Of a stretch of 64,000 nucleotides of DNA, positions 10,017 through 20,648 are shown piece after piece. Below the pieces are notes generated by a model, which saw only the letters and a program-made list of their open reading frames with translations, had not been told where the DNA came from and did not search any database. The DNA is from a virus (taxonomy: Duplodnaviria; Caudoviricetes). The translations under genes were made by a program, and so were the position numbers. The number at the start of each line of letters is the position of its first letter. The first letter of the stretch is position 1. The stretch lies in IMG/VR virus record IMGVR_UViG_3300008954_000001; one strand, 5' to 3'.

Positions 10017-10277
10017 ATGAAGTATGACCAACTCGTAAGAGCAATATCGCAGCGAACAGGGCTGGCGAGCGAGATCGTCAAGAAAATCTTGTCCGAACTG
10101 CCGGAAGCTCTGTCCCATTTAGAGGACAACGAGAAAGTGCGTACTCCGCTTGGCACCTTTGTAGCGTGGCCCAAAGAAGAGAAGAAAATCAAACTCCCTA
10201 CGGGGGAGGATGCTTTCAGGAAAGCGGAAACGGTTATTCGGCTCCGACCGGGCAAAGCACTGAAGCGGAAAAAGTGA
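10017..10277 (+). CDS. HU/IHF-family DNA-binding protein
   Basis: 86 aa; PLGTF...KLPTGE...IRLRPGKALK beta-arm pattern. Confidence 0.8.
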   Translation: MKYDQLVRAISQRTGLASEIVKKILSELPEALSHLEDNEKVRTPLGTFVAWPKEEKKIKLPTGEDAFRKAETVIRLRPGKALKRKK

Positions 10278-10439
10278 GATGTGGGATCTGAAAGTAATCG
10301 TTGCCTTAAACAAAGTAGCCCATGAGCTTGCTAAAGCGGGAAAAAACCCATCTGGCGCACTTTCAGAGTTGTATCGCCGCTCCCAAGAGAAGAAGCCTAC
10401 CCCAACCACACCAACGAGCAATACTGACAGGGGGTAGGA

Positions 10440-11375
10440 ATGGAAAATCTGCCAATGGTCAGGATCGTATATGGACCAACGGGCGGTAGATTTCCCATCA
10501 TGTTTGGCGTAGCCAAAGCCCTTGAAGAAGCCCTTGCCCGCTTAGGTGTCGGGATCATTGATCGAGTGGGGATATCAGGAGGGGCTATTGTAGCCGCCGT
10601 TCGGAGTGCGGGTCGAGACTTCCCTGATTGGATGCGAGAAAACGAGGGTTTAGGGAAGCACTGTTCTATCGGAGGTTGGAACCTTCCGAACCAGCTTTGG
10701 ACCTTGATTCGATATGGGGGGCTGCTGAACTCTAAGGCCGTTCTCCAAAAGACTTTCCAATCCTTGATTGCAACAATACCAACTGAGCCTTGCTATGCTG
10801 TCAGTTGGTGTAGTTCGGCTAAAAAGCCCGTAGCGTTCTCTTTGATGAACAACCCTTTAGCCGCCACTTGCGTATTAGCCTCTACAGCGATCCCGATTGC
10901 TTTCTCTCCCGTTGAGATTGCCAACCACGATCTTTCCCCAGCGATCCGACAGCAGATAGGGGTTGGAGAAGAGGGGGTGTCTCGCTTTCAAGACGGGGGC
11001 TTATCAGATGCTTTCCCCGCTATGTTAATAGACAAGAAGATCGTTCCAACCATCATGGTCTTCATCGACCCTGTGCCAATGGGGGTAGAAGATCAACAAA
11101 AGCCCAAAGATGTTTGGGAGCGGGTGTTTGGTATCCAAAACAAAGCGATTCTATTGGCCGCCAGTGCTCGTAAAAAACAGAACACACAACTGTTTGTAGT
11201 TCCCACTGTCCCTGAAATGTTGGTCCACAGCATGAAGTTCGACTTACAGATGGAAGACGCTATGACGATGTACCGCCACGGCTTCGTTATGGCCCACTAC
11301 ACCTTTCGCCTCCAACTCGACATTCCCACAAAAGAAGTTGAGGAGAGGGGGGCCGATTTTCTCGAACAACGGTAA
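10440..11375 (+). CDS. Patatin-like phospholipase
   Basis: GISGG nucleophile elbow, ASTAIP and DGG motifs. Confidence 0.8.
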   Translation: MENLPMVRIVYGPTGGRFPIMFGVAKALEEALARLGVGIIDRVGISGGAIVAAVRSAGRDFPDWMRENEGLGKHCSIGGWNLPNQLWTLIRYGGLLNSKAVLQKTFQSLIATIPTEPCYAVSWCSSAKKPVAFSLMNNPLAATCVLASTAIPIAFSPVEIANHDLSPAIRQQIGVGEEGVSRFQDGGLSDAFPAMLIDKKIVPTIMVFIDPVPMGVEDQQKPKDVWERVFGIQNKAILLAASARKKQNTQLFVVPTVPEMLVHSMKFDLQMEDAMTMYRHGFVMAHYTFRLQLDIPTKEVEERGADFLEQR

Positions 11376-11395
11376 TACACCTGTTCGAGGAGTAT

Positions 11396-12061
11396 TTGAT
11401 GAGCATAATGATCAGACGTGCCGAAATGACGGAGTGTGGGGATTTCCATTCCTACTTCTGTGTGGGCGTAAATGGTGAGAAGGTGGGGGACACTGAAGAG
11501 TGCGACCACTCTATGGGCTGTAATGGGGACACCCCCTACCTATCCATGGATGGCGACACCCACTGTATTTCTTGTGGGATAAAAGAAGCCCTTCTGTGTA
11601 AAGAGGCCATCCTTTTTAGTATTGATGAAACCACCGCCCGTAAGGATGACGATGTGATCGTTCTGTTTACGGAAATGGTGTGGGATCGAGTTTACCTCGA
11701 TGGGATGAACGCCCACCAAGATAGCGAGGAATACAAAGCTGGCTACCAGCAATTCCGAGACGGCTCTTGGGACGAAACAGCCAACGGAGCTTTTTGGCGT
11801 TGGTCAGATGAGCGGCTACACCCCTTCATTATGGCTTCCTACACGAGCTTCTTGGGGGACTTGCGTCAGCTAATGTTGACGGCTGTCAACGACGAGACGG
11901 TAGGCACAGAGGCCCGTGACACCTACGATGCGGTCGCAAGCCTGTTAGAGCACCTACTCAAAGCGAGTGAAGATTCTGTTCATGTTTCCCGTGAGGAGGC
12001 GGCAATCGATTTGCTGAACGCTATGGCTGAAAAAGGTGAGCTTGAACCACTAAATGAATAG
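11396..12061 (+). CDS. Hypothetical protein
   Basis: 221-aa ORF in the operon, with N-terminal Cys/His pairs. Confidence 0.55.
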   Translation: MMSIMIRRAEMTECGDFHSYFCVGVNGEKVGDTEECDHSMGCNGDTPYLSMDGDTHCISCGIKEALLCKEAILFSIDETTARKDDDVIVLFTEMVWDRVYLDGMNAHQDSEEYKAGYQQFRDGSWDETANGAFWRWSDERLHPFIMASYTSFLGDLRQLMLTAVNDETVGTEARDTYDAVASLLEHLLKASEDSVHVSREEAAIDLLNAMAEKGELEPLNE

Positions 12062-12502
12062 TGGAATATCTTCCCATTCAGACGGTTGTTGAACATTCAT
12101 CATAAAGGATGGGTCAGGTAGAATATCAAAGCGTTGGGCGGCGATTACTTCCCGCCCTTCCAAAATCGCTTTACATAGACGATGCACTCCGTCCACGATA
12201 ACCCCCGCCTTGTCGAGAAGGATTGGGTAATCAAGGTCGGCTCCCACAATCCTTCTTGTGTGTCCTAAGACCCAATGCGGAGTGGCATCCTCATCCTCAT
12301 CTGTCCAACAGGTGCCTTCTAATTGTGAAATGAGTGTTTCAATCGGGACATACTCCACAGGTAGAGTTTTAGCCAACTTCCATAGAAGCTCTACTTTCCA
12401 ATACTGGCGAACCCCGTCAACGGTAGTTGAGTAAGTTTGGCCGTCCACGATGCTGCCCATAGCCCAAGTCTCCTTATGTTGTCTAAGACAATACCCGTCC
12501 AA
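12050..12502 (-). CDS. ParB/sulfiredoxin-like domain protein
   Basis: ADLDYPILL...IVDGVHRLCKA. Confidence 0.65.
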   Translation of the reverse strand: MDGYCLRQHKETWAMGSIVDGQTYSTTVDGVRQYWKVELLWKLAKTLPVEYVPIETLISQLEGTCWTDEDEDATPHWVLGHTRRIVGADLDYPILLDKAGVIVDGVHRLCKAILEGREVIAAQRFDILPDPSFMMNVQQPSEWEDIPLFI

Positions 12503-12528
12503 TCATTTGACTGTAGTAGGAGAGTTAG

Positions 12529-13275
12529 ATGATCAAGCCCCTTGTCTTGATAACCAATGATGACGGGCACTTTGCCCCCGGCATCGCTGCGCTGATTGAA
12601 TGTGCTCGCCCGCACTGGCGGGTAGTTATCGTAGCCCCAGATCAAAACCGTTCGGCGGTTGGGCGTGGGCTATCTCTCCAAACCCCAATCCGAGTTCGAG
12701 AAGTAAACGATTGGTATTTCACCACCAACGGAACCCCCGTGGATTGTGTTTGCTACGCTTTAAGTATGCTCCTCGATGAGAAGCCCGCTTTAGTTTTGAG
12801 CGGGGTCAACGATGGGGCCAACCTTGGTACAGACGTATTGAGTTCTGGCACGGTTGGGGCGGCAATAGAAGGTTATATGCGAGGCATCCCTTCCATCGCT
12901 GTGTCCCAACACGGCAAGGGAGACTATAAAGCGGCGGCGGACTTAGCCGTTCGTTTAGGTATTCAAATCATTGAAAAGCAAGGAAGCCCCCTCCTTCTCA
13001 ATATGAATGTTCCCGGCCAAGGGTATGATCATGTTCGGTGGACCAAATTAGGTACTCGTATTTACGACTACTCCGTTGAGGCTTGCACAGATCCAAGAAA
13101 TAAGGACTATTATTGGGTCGGAGGGAGAAGCATCGGCTTAGGAGAAGGGTACGGCACAGACTGTCAAGCGATGTTGGATGGACACGCTTCAGTAAGCCCC
13201 CTCCAGTTAGATTTGACTGACTATAAGGTATTGGATTCCTTGGGGCATTATTGGCCCGTCTTGGATAAGGAGTAA
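12529..13275 (+). CDS. surE: 5'/3'-nucleotidase SurE
   Basis: ITNDDG, APDQNRSAVG, GTPVDCV, SGVNDGANLG and SGTVGAA motifs. Confidence 0.95.
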   Translation: MIKPLVLITNDDGHFAPGIAALIECARPHWRVVIVAPDQNRSAVGRGLSLQTPIRVREVNDWYFTTNGTPVDCVCYALSMLLDEKPALVLSGVNDGANLGTDVLSSGTVGAAIEGYMRGIPSIAVSQHGKGDYKAAADLAVRLGIQIIEKQGSPLLLNMNVPGQGYDHVRWTKLGTRIYDYSVEACTDPRNKDYYWVGGRSIGLGEGYGTDCQAMLDGHASVSPLQLDLTDYKVLDSLGHYWPVLDKE

Positions 13276-13342
13276 CCTTCGCAGGGGTTTTTCATTTCCC
13301 CTCAACCGCCTTCATTCATCCCCCCAACTTTTCTCGCCTTCT

Positions 13343-13377
13343 ACCCCCGCAGCCATTGGTTGCGGGGGTTCTTTATT
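13343..13377 (+). terminator. Intrinsic terminator after surE
   Basis: ACCCCCGCAGCC-ATT-GGTTGCGGGGGT followed by TCTTTATT. Confidence 0.7.
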
Positions 13378-13546
13378 CTGGGATCAATGTTTCCCAAATT
13401 GATCGTGAGGCGTAAAATTTGGCCAGGACCGACATCGATTTATCTGACAGTTTATCGGCGTTTTTCTAAACTTTTTTCTCAAACCTAATGATAACAAAGG
13501 TTTGCGGCGGGTAATCGGTAGTGGAACGGTAATGGAACGGTAGGGT

Positions 13547-13945
13547 TTACGACAAGGGTGAAACTGACTCGGCGGCCAATTTATCGAATTCAGCAATCTT
13601 AATGTTTCCCATTTTGGGATCAGCTACCCATGGGTGATCCGCTCCCACCCCTCTACACCAAGAAGAATCTTCCTTTGACCAACGAGTGCGGTTGACTCCT
13701 CGCTTACCTCGTTTCAAGGCTCGCTCGGCTTTCATCGCTTCGCTTTGGTTAGCGTAGGGGCCATACAAGGCTCGTGCAGCCCACGGTTGCCATTTAGAGG
13801 TGTACTTGCCCCCACCTTTGATTTCCCCACAATGCTGTCGGATACGGCGGGAAGGGCAGGTAGTGCAGCCTACGTAGTAAGGCCCCGGTCTACCCATCGA
13901 AGCGAATTTTCGATGCTTCGATTGGATGACATAGACCCACCACAT
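13547..13945 (-). CDS. GIY-YIG nuclease (SLX1/UPF0213-like)
   Basis: VYVIQS...YYVGCT..PSRRIRQH.GEIKGGGKYT..WQPW...AMKAERALK. Confidence 0.85.
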   Translation of the reverse strand: MWWVYVIQSKHRKFASMGRPGPYYVGCTTCPSRRIRQHCGEIKGGGKYTSKWQPWAARALYGPYANQSEAMKAERALKRGKRGVNRTRWSKEDSSWCRGVGADHPWVADPKMGNIKIAEFDKLAAESVSPLS

Positions 13946-13949
13946 AAGG

Positions 13950-16367
13950 TTAACAGCCCCAGCGTTTGATTTCAGCTTTGAGGGTTGCTTGAAGTTTCTT
14001 GTTCAGGTTGTCCCCGAAGACCAACAGTAAGACTTCTTCCATGCGGTTCGCAAAATGAAAAGTCATCTCATCTTTGATCTCCTGTGGGATCTCTTCCGTG
14101 TCCTTTTCATTCCATGCGGGCATAACGATTTCCTGAATCCCCGCCCTGTGTGCCGCCAAGACCTTTTCTTTGATTCCACCTACGGGAAGTACAGCACCAC
14201 GGAGCGTTGCCTCTCCCGTCATGGCAATGTCATGTCGCACAGGAATGTCTAAAAGCAAAGATAGAATGGCCGTCATCATGGTCACACCAGCACTCGGACC
14301 ATCTTTCGGCACCGCCCCACTGGGAACATGAACATGAAAATCTGTGTCGTTGAAGGATTCTTTTGTAACCTCAAGTTTCGGAGCTATGCTCCAAACCCAA
14401 CTGGTCGCCACCCCTACGGACTCTTTCATCACATCGCCTAAAGAACCAGATAGCTTCATGTTCCCCTTGCCGTGATGCTTGGTCGCTTCAATGAACAGGA
14501 TGTCCCCACCCGCTGCGGTCCACGCCAATCCACAAACAACACCGGGAACAGCCGTGCGCTGTTTGATTTCGTTGTGGTACTTCTCAGGCCCTCGGATCTC
14601 CCGCACCTTTTCGGGGGTGATAACCCAAGGTTCTCGATCTTCGGGTTCGAGGTCACCGTCCTTTCGACGCTCGGCTACGCCTCTGGCGATGCGGCGGCAA
14701 ATGGCAGCGATTTCTCGTTTTAGGGATCGAACACCCGCTTCTCGTGTGTAGTCCTCGATGATCTTTCGGATGGCATCGTCTCCGAACACAACAACTTCAT
14801 CATCAAGACCGTGCTCTTCAATATTCTGCGGGAGAGAAAAACCTCTGGCGATTTTGAGCTTGTCTTCGGGGGTGTAGCCCGGAATGTGGATTACCTCCAT
14901 ACGGTCATGCAAAGGACTGGGAATAGTATCCGCCCGATTTGCGGTAGCGATGAAAAGGATCTTGCTCAAATCGTATTCAACATCGAGATAATGATCGAGA
15001 AATTCGTTGTTCTGTTCAGGGTCGAGAACCTCAAGTAACGCCGAAGCGGGGTCGCCTCGATGATCGCTGACTAACTTATCGATCTCATCAAGAACGAGTA
15101 CGGGGTTGATTGTTCCCGCTTTCTTCATCCCCTTGATGATCCGACCGGGCATCGACCCAATGTATGTCTTGCGGTGACCTCGAATTTCAGCTTCGTCTCT
15201 CACCCCGCCAAGGGAAATGCGAGCCAACTCCCTACCTGTTGCACGAGCCACAGATTTCGCAAGAGAGGTTTTACCTACTCCTGGGGGGCCTACCAAACAA
15301 AGGATTGGTCCCTTCATGTCTTTTTTGAGCATCCGAACAGACAAGTATTCGAGGATGCGATCTTTGACCTTCTTTAGGCCGTAGTGGTCTTCGTCAAAAA
15401 TCTTCTGCGATTCTTCAATGTCGATTTCTTCCCCGGTTTCTTTTGCCCACGGGATCGACACCATCCAATCTAAATAGGTCTGTGAGACGGTGTACTCGGA
15501 ACTCTGCGGATTCATCTTAACCATGCGACGGAACTCTTTGAGACAGAGTTTCCTCACATCGTCGGGCATGTCCATCTCGGTCAGCTTCCGCTTCAACTCA
15601 TCGAATTCGTCCTCATCGTCTCCTTCAACACCAAGCGTATCCAGTTCTTTTCGGATTGCCTTTAGTTGCTCTCGGAGCATGTATTCTTTTTGTGTCTTGT
15701 CGATGCCTTCCCGAACAGTCTTTTCAATGCGGTTCATCATTTCGGCCCCCTCCAACTCTCGCTGGAGGGCTTCAATGACGTAATCCATTCGGGCTTCTTG
15801 ATTTAGGATCTCCAACACAACCTGCTTATCTTCCAGCTTGGTCAGCAGATTGTGAGCCAAGAGGTCAGATAGGGTTCCTGGGGAAACCACGCTTTCGATA
15901 ACGAAAAAGGCATCTTTCGGAATATCGGGTGTTCGAGAGATATACTGTTTTGCTAAGTGGTGGAGTGTGTTCACTTTAGGCATCACTGACTCTTTGTCAG
16001 CGAGTTCTTCTTGTACTACCGTACATTCGGCCCGAAGGATTCCATCAGTATCCAACCATTCCGTAACTCGGCAGCGGGCGATCCCTTGTAGGACAACGGC
16101 GATCTTATTCTTTTGAACGACACGAGTTACACGAACTATGGTGCCTACTTCATACAGGTCTTTGGGGGCAGGATCGTCTAAATCGGGATCACGTTGGGCA
16201 ATAACGGCCAGTAAGCCATTTCGTTTTGCTTCCTTGATCGCAGCGATAGACTTTTGCCTCCCCACATTGATCGGTGTGGAAAGGTTCGGATAAAGAACCG
16301 TATTTCGCACCGCCACGATGGGTAGCTCTAACACGTCTGGGAGCTTTACTTCGGAACCGTCACTCAT
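13950..16367 (-). CDS. lon: ATP-dependent Lon protease
   Basis: Lon N-domain, [22 protein letters not shown] catalytic Ser motif, GGIKEK. Confidence 0.97.
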   Translation of the reverse strand: MSDGSEVKLPDVLELPIVAVRNTVLYPNLSTPINVGRQKSIAAIKEAKRNGLLAVIAQRDPDLDDPAPKDLYEVGTIVRVTRVVQKNKIAVVLQGIARCRVTEWLDTDGILRAECTVVQEELADKESVMPKVNTLHHLAKQYISRTPDIPKDAFFVIESVVSPGTLSDLLAHNLLTKLEDKQVVLEILNQEARMDYVIEALQRELEGAEMMNRIEKTVREGIDKTQKEYMLREQLKAIRKELDTLGVEGDDEDEFDELKRKLTEMDMPDDVRKLCLKEFRRMVKMNPQSSEYTVSQTYLDWMVSIPWAKETGEEIDIEESQKIFDEDHYGLKKVKDRILEYLSVRMLKKDMKGPILCLVGPPGVGKTSLAKSVARATGRELARISLGGVRDEAEIRGHRKTYIGSMPGRIIKGMKKAGTINPVLVLDEIDKLVSDHRGDPASALLEVLDPEQNNEFLDHYLDVEYDLSKILFIATANRADTIPSPLHDRMEVIHIPGYTPEDKLKIARGFSLPQNIEEHGLDDEVVVFGDDAIRKIIEDYTREAGVRSLKREIAAICRRIARGVAERRKDGDLEPEDREPWVITPEKVREIRGPEKYHNEIKQRTAVPGVVCGLAWTAAGGDILFIEATKHHGKGNMKLSGSLGDVMKESVGVATSWVWSIAPKLEVTKESFNDTDFHVHVPSGAVPKDGPSAGVTMMTAILSLLLDIPVRHDIAMTGEATLRGAVLPVGGIKEKVLAAHRAGIQEIVMPAWNEKDTEEIPQEIKDEMTFHFANRMEEVLLLVFGDNLNKKLQATLKAEIKRWGC

Positions 16368-16495
16368 TGTTACCTCTCAAATTGGGGGCAGTACCCACCT
16401 ACACTCTTGGCTTCTATAGATAGATTACTCATCCCCATTGGGGGCCAATATGACGGTGAGTACGGGGACTCCCCGTTGATTCGTCAATTCTACCC

Positions 16496-16816
16496 TCAAA
16501 AAAAGTCTTTGGCCGTGAGAGGGTGTTTAGAAGAGTCCAAAAAAACTTGCCCATTACGGGTCACGGAGAGAAAAGACCCATTGGAAAGTTCAAATTTCGT
16601 TTCAGTTGTAGAAATAAGTAACCATGCGTTAGCCAAATCCCGTTCCCGACACTTCGGGTCAATCTCCCCAACAAGCAACAAATCAAGATAACGAACCGCC
16701 GTGGCTATAGCAGAAATGCCCTCGGCAGTTGCTTTGTCTCCCTTACGGGTAGCACAAAGGCTGTCGAGGGCATCTTCTATGAGGGCTAAGGCTTCCTTCG
16801 GTCCTTGGTTATCCAT
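16496..16816 (-). CDS. Hypothetical protein
   Basis: 106 aa, in tandem with the upstream ORF. Confidence 0.5.
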   Translation of the reverse strand: MDNQGPKEALALIEDALDSLCATRKGDKATAEGISAIATAVRYLDLLLVGEIDPKCRERDLANAWLLISTTETKFELSNGSFLSVTRNGQVFLDSSKHPLTAKDFF

Positions 16817-16819
16817 GTC

Positions 16820-17104
16820 TTACCGATGCTCGTATCGAGGTGCGAGATCGACATCAATAACATCACCTTGCTCGTAGTTCAGGTTGCGAGGCGGCTGTTG
16901 TGGGTAACGGGGATACTGTGGGGGCTGAACATAAACAACATGCCGTTGTTCTTGTTGGGTCGCACGACCAAAAAGGCCCCGCAAAATAAGCGTAACTACA
17001 AAAGCTGCTTTCGCCCCTGCCCAAGCGCCACCGAGGATCACACAGAAACCGCCAATCCAAATCCATAAGGGTTCCATTCCTGCTATCATTTCTCTCTCCT
17101 TCAA
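16820..17104 (-). CDS. Small membrane protein with a Gln/Pro-rich tail
   Basis: Hydrophobic N-terminal half; directly downstream of a promoter motif. Confidence 0.55.
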   Translation of the reverse strand: MKEREMIAGMEPLWIWIGGFCVILGGAWAGAKAAFVVTLILRGLFGRATQQEQRHVVYVQPPQYPRYPQQPPRNLNYEQGDVIDVDLAPRYEHR

Positions 17105-17137
17105 AGATCCTGTAAGGGGCGTATCCCCTTACAATTA

Positions 17138-17168
17138 GACTACCGATAAGGAGACAGATCAGCCCCCC
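17138..17168 (-). promoter_or_regulatory. Bipartite promoter motif GGGGGGCT-N15-CGGTA
   Basis: Minus strand reads GGGGGGCT GATCTGTCTCCTTAT CGGTAGTC. Confidence 0.7.
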
Positions 17169-17170
17169 TT

Positions 17171-18757
17171 CTAAGTAGTCTGAATGATGGCGGTCTCGGC
17201 AGTAATAAGGGTGGAAGCAACTGAAATAGCTGCGGAAATGACGCATCGTGCCATCTTTGCGGAGTCCACAATGGGGGAGCCTTCCAGCAAGTTTCGCACT
17301 TCGCAGGTAACGGGATCGAAGCCTTCAAAGGACGGTATATCCGCATCCTTCGTATGGAGTTTAGCCACCTCTCCGTGGGTTCCTCCCGATTCGGCTAATT
17401 TCATAAAGGGCTGTCTTAGGGCATTGGCTACGATTTTCCAGCCGTGCCGCCCATTTGCTTCCGCCTCAAGGATATCTCCAAGAAGCAACAGGCCGTTGCC
17501 CGCTCCTGGAACAACCCCTTCTTCTAAAGCACCTCGGATAGCTCCAAGGGAGTCCTCAATCCGAGCACGGCGTTCTTTCATTACCGCTTCTGTAATCCCA
17601 CCCACTCGAAGGATGATCAAACCACCAGACAAGCCAGCGGCTTGTTCGTTTAGGCGGTCGGCATCGTAGTCAGAGGTGGAGGAAGATGCTTGCGCTTTGA
17701 TCTCACGGACCCGCTGAGAAATCGTCTCGGCGGCTTCGGGGAAAGACTCAAGCGTTGTAACCTTTTGAGTGACGAGTGCCTTATGAACACTCCCGAACCA
17801 TTCGGCATCAAAGCTACCCCGATGATCGAAACCTTGCTTGGGATCAATGAGCGTGGCTCCCGAAACCGCCGCTAAATTCTGGAGCCACTCCTCTTGCCAG
17901 CGGCCCGTGCCGGGAACTTTGACGGCACAAGAATGTACGATCCCTTTCTTATTGTTCACCACCATCGTTTGAAGGGCTTCCCCTTCAATGAAAGGGGCGA
18001 ACAGTAACAGATGATTATCGGGCCATTGACTGGCTTCCTCCAAGATCGCTTGAACATCAGCCACCGTTTGAAGCCCCGTGCTGACCACAGCCACCAAAGG
18101 AGCTTTAAGGTCTCGATCAACCCCATTGTTCGTGAAGTATTCGCTGGCCCAACCAGATGGCAGTTCCATGCCGTCCTTGGTTTCGATTTCAAGACCAAGG
18201 GTCACACCGTCTTCAACCGAAACTGTGCCTTCTGTGCCCGCCATCATGCAGGCTTTCGCCAACGCTTCCGCCACCTCTTGATCCCCGTTCGAGGCGATCA
18301 GGGCTACGCTTTCCACTAAATCTTGCGACTTGATTGGGATGGCTAACTCCGCAACCAAGGCTACAGCCATCTCGGAGGCTTCCTTCATCTCACGAGAAAG
18401 AGCCACGGGGTCGAAGCCCGCAATCGCAAGTTTCTGGCCTTCCCACAAGGCTTGGTAAGCCACAATCGCTGTCGTAGTTGTACCATCCCCCGCCATCTGC
18501 TCTACTTTCAGACAGGCTTCCTTAATCATAGCGGCACCAAGGCCCGTTAATCCTGGCCCTGGCTGGACTTCTCTGGATACAGTGACCCCATCGGAAGTCG
18601 CTTGAATATGGTTGAAGGCTTTATCCAAAAGGACGATTCCACCTTTAGGGCCAAAGGTACATCCGATGGCCTTAGCCGCAATTCCAGCACCGTTCAGGAT
18701 ACCCTTGCGAGCATTTGTCCCTGAAACGACTCGAATAGGCTTTTTGTCTTTGGCCAT
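17171..18757 (-). CDS. groEL: Divergent GroEL-like chaperonin
   Basis: TFGPKG, TSDGVTV, AGDGTTT and GVVPGAG motifs; no GGM tail. Confidence 0.9.
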   Translation of the reverse strand: MAKDKKPIRVVSGTNARKGILNGAGIAAKAIGCTFGPKGGIVLLDKAFNHIQATSDGVTVSREVQPGPGLTGLGAAMIKEACLKVEQMAGDGTTTTAIVAYQALWEGQKLAIAGFDPVALSREMKEASEMAVALVAELAIPIKSQDLVESVALIASNGDQEVAEALAKACMMAGTEGTVSVEDGVTLGLEIETKDGMELPSGWASEYFTNNGVDRDLKAPLVAVVSTGLQTVADVQAILEEASQWPDNHLLLFAPFIEGEALQTMVVNNKKGIVHSCAVKVPGTGRWQEEWLQNLAAVSGATLIDPKQGFDHRGSFDAEWFGSVHKALVTQKVTTLESFPEAAETISQRVREIKAQASSSTSDYDADRLNEQAAGLSGGLIILRVGGITEAVMKERRARIEDSLGAIRGALEEGVVPGAGNGLLLLGDILEAEANGRHGWKIVANALRQPFMKLAESGGTHGEVAKLHTKDADIPSFEGFDPVTCEVRNLLEGSPIVDSAKMARCVISAAISVASTLITAETAIIQTT

Positions 18758-18830
18758 CTACCTCTCCTTTGTAGGATGAACACAGCGGTAAAGTGTCAGT
18801 GCATACTTTACCCATAAAGCAAGAGAGACC

Positions 18831-19379
18831 ATGTCCCGCAACAAAACAAAAGCTCGAAAAGCCCAAGAAACCAAACGCCGAAAGGCCGAGAAGCGGGCCA
18901 AAAAGAAAAAGGCCATGGCGAAAACACAAAACAGATCCGCCATATCCGCTCAAAAAAGGATGCAGCTTCTTATCAAAGGCTTCAAGGAATCCCCTGAGTA
19001 CATCTTTTGGGTTGCCCATGGCTTGAACATGCTGGCTTCCAACTACACTGAAGGGACTTGGACTCCCGTGTTTCCAGATATCTATTCTGGAAGGGCTGTT
19101 AGCGAAGAAGAAGTTGGGGCATATCTAAAGAAGCACTTCAATGAAAAAGATAAGACTTGGACAACGGAAGGCCGTCAAGCGGTTGGTTGGGCTTGTTCTC
19201 CCGCAGCCAACATTTATGCTATTCAGCAAAAAGCTGTTGCCGAAGCGGAAAAGAACGACGTTGACCCCAAATCTTCCGCTTGCGGCCCCGTGTGGCGAAT
19301 CTTCCAAATTATGTCGGAGGAGATTGAAAAAAGGATGGGAAATCAACACCTGACCCCACAAACGGCGGTCCAACCGTAG
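18831..19379 (+). CDS. Hypothetical protein with a basic N-terminus
   Basis: 182-aa ORF with RBS. Confidence 0.55.
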   Translation: MSRNKTKARKAQETKRRKAEKRAKKKKAMAKTQNRSAISAQKRMQLLIKGFKESPEYIFWVAHGLNMLASNYTEGTWTPVFPDIYSGRAVSEEEVGAYLKKHFNEKDKTWTTEGRQAVGWACSPAANIYAIQQKAVAEAEKNDVDPKSSACGPVWRIFQIMSEEIEKRMGNQHLTPQTAVQP

Positions 19380-19448
19380 CCGACCCCACCAAAGTCGAGA
19401 CCTTCCCTATCCCAGCACCTAATTAATGCTGATGGAGGGTTCGACTGA

Positions 19449-19664
19449 ATGAGTAGATTACCTGCTCACATTATTGATGCAATCAGGAAGCGGCGTGAGC
19501 AGCAGGAAGAGCAGCGCCCCTTTTTAGAAATCCCTGCACCCGACGCTGAACCCATTGATCCCGAACCAAAAGAAGAAAACCCCAAGAAAGACGACAAAGG
19601 GGTAGTCATTATTGATCTCAGCATCGACCTCTACGAGGACTTCACTTTCAAGGTGGTGTCATAA
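19449..19664 (+). CDS. Hypothetical protein
   Basis: GGAGG RBS, 71 aa. Confidence 0.55.
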   Translation: MSRLPAHIIDAIRKRREQQEEQRPFLEIPAPDAEPIDPEPKEENPKKDDKGVVIIDLSIDLYEDFTFKVVS

Positions 19665-19674
19665 TGAGGTTTGC

Positions 19675-20214
19675 ATGAAGATTGTGGTAAGTGGGGATCT
19701 GTTCAGCTTTTTCCTTGAACAACTTAAAGCCCCCGCCGACACGCATAAGCTAAATTCAGATCAAGCCCTTTATCTCGCAAAGCTCCTCGCTGATCGCTCC
19801 AAACCCCAAAACGGCCCGACCACCCTATTTGAACTGTACAAACAAGCAGTTGAACAGGGAGGTATGAAGGCCGTTTCTTGCTACAGGGAGATGGGAGACA
19901 GATCCCTTTTCTTGGTTGGAGCCTTCCCCCAACACCTCAACCGACGAAGAGGGATGGGCGAAGTGTACTACTGCAATATGGGCATGGCGGCCTACGCCAA
20001 CCTCGCCAACCTTTTGAAAGAGCAGCGATTCGCTCAACTCTCCCAACGCTTCGGGGATTGCGTCAAAGCAATCCGAGACACGATGGGGAATGTGCGTTGG
20101 GCCGAAGAAGATGATGCTAACGCCCTATACGAGGCGTGGCTCATTGGGGGAAGCCCCATGGCCGAACAGCGTATTCAGCAACTTGGACTCCCTCTCAAAC
20201 AGTATTTCTCATAA
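19675..20214 (+). CDS. Conserved hypothetical protein (bacterial-like)
   Basis: REMGDRSLFLVGAFP...YYCNMGMAAY pattern recalled from uncharacterised proteobacterial proteins; start set at ATG 19675. Confidence 0.55.
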   Translation: MKIVVSGDLFSFFLEQLKAPADTHKLNSDQALYLAKLLADRSKPQNGPTTLFELYKQAVEQGGMKAVSCYREMGDRSLFLVGAFPQHLNRRRGMGEVYYCNMGMAAYANLANLLKEQRFAQLSQRFGDCVKAIRDTMGNVRWAEEDDANALYEAWLIGGSPMAEQRIQQLGLPLKQYFS

Positions 20215-20235
20215 CCACGAAGGAAAACGACACGA

Positions 20236-20640
20236 ATGAACCTTGAAGCCACCTCAACCCTTTACCGCCTAAATCCAATATTCTATACCAGAGACCGAAT
20301 AAAGCCTGTGGTTGCCCTTAAAGAAGCACCACCACAGAAGCGACCTCGGCATGTTGAGCGGTTGAGTAAGTTCCTTCAAGACAGAGCTTTGGGTCACGAC
20401 CCTGTTCGAGATCGGCTTGAGAAAGAAGCAAATAAAAGAGCCGACGCATGGCTCGCAAAAAACCGACCAGGAAAAGTCGTCACTCCCGCAATACGGGAAT
20501 TGTGTAAATCAATTAATGGCCCCGACCTCGACCTGCTTGCTTGGTACGAATGCACCGAGAGTTTCGACCAAAAAGCAGGTGAAGAGGAAGAGGAAGATGA
20601 TGACCCCGATCCCGTTGGGGGTATCATCAAACAGATGTAG
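20236..20640 (+). CDS. Hypothetical protein
   Basis: 134 aa, operonic. Confidence 0.55.
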   Translation: MNLEATSTLYRLNPIFYTRDRIKPVVALKEAPPQKRPRHVERLSKFLQDRALGHDPVRDRLEKEANKRADAWLAKNRPGKVVTPAIRELCKSINGPDLDLLAWYECTESFDQKAGEEEEEDDDPDPVGGIIKQM

Positions 20641-20648
20641 GATATAAA

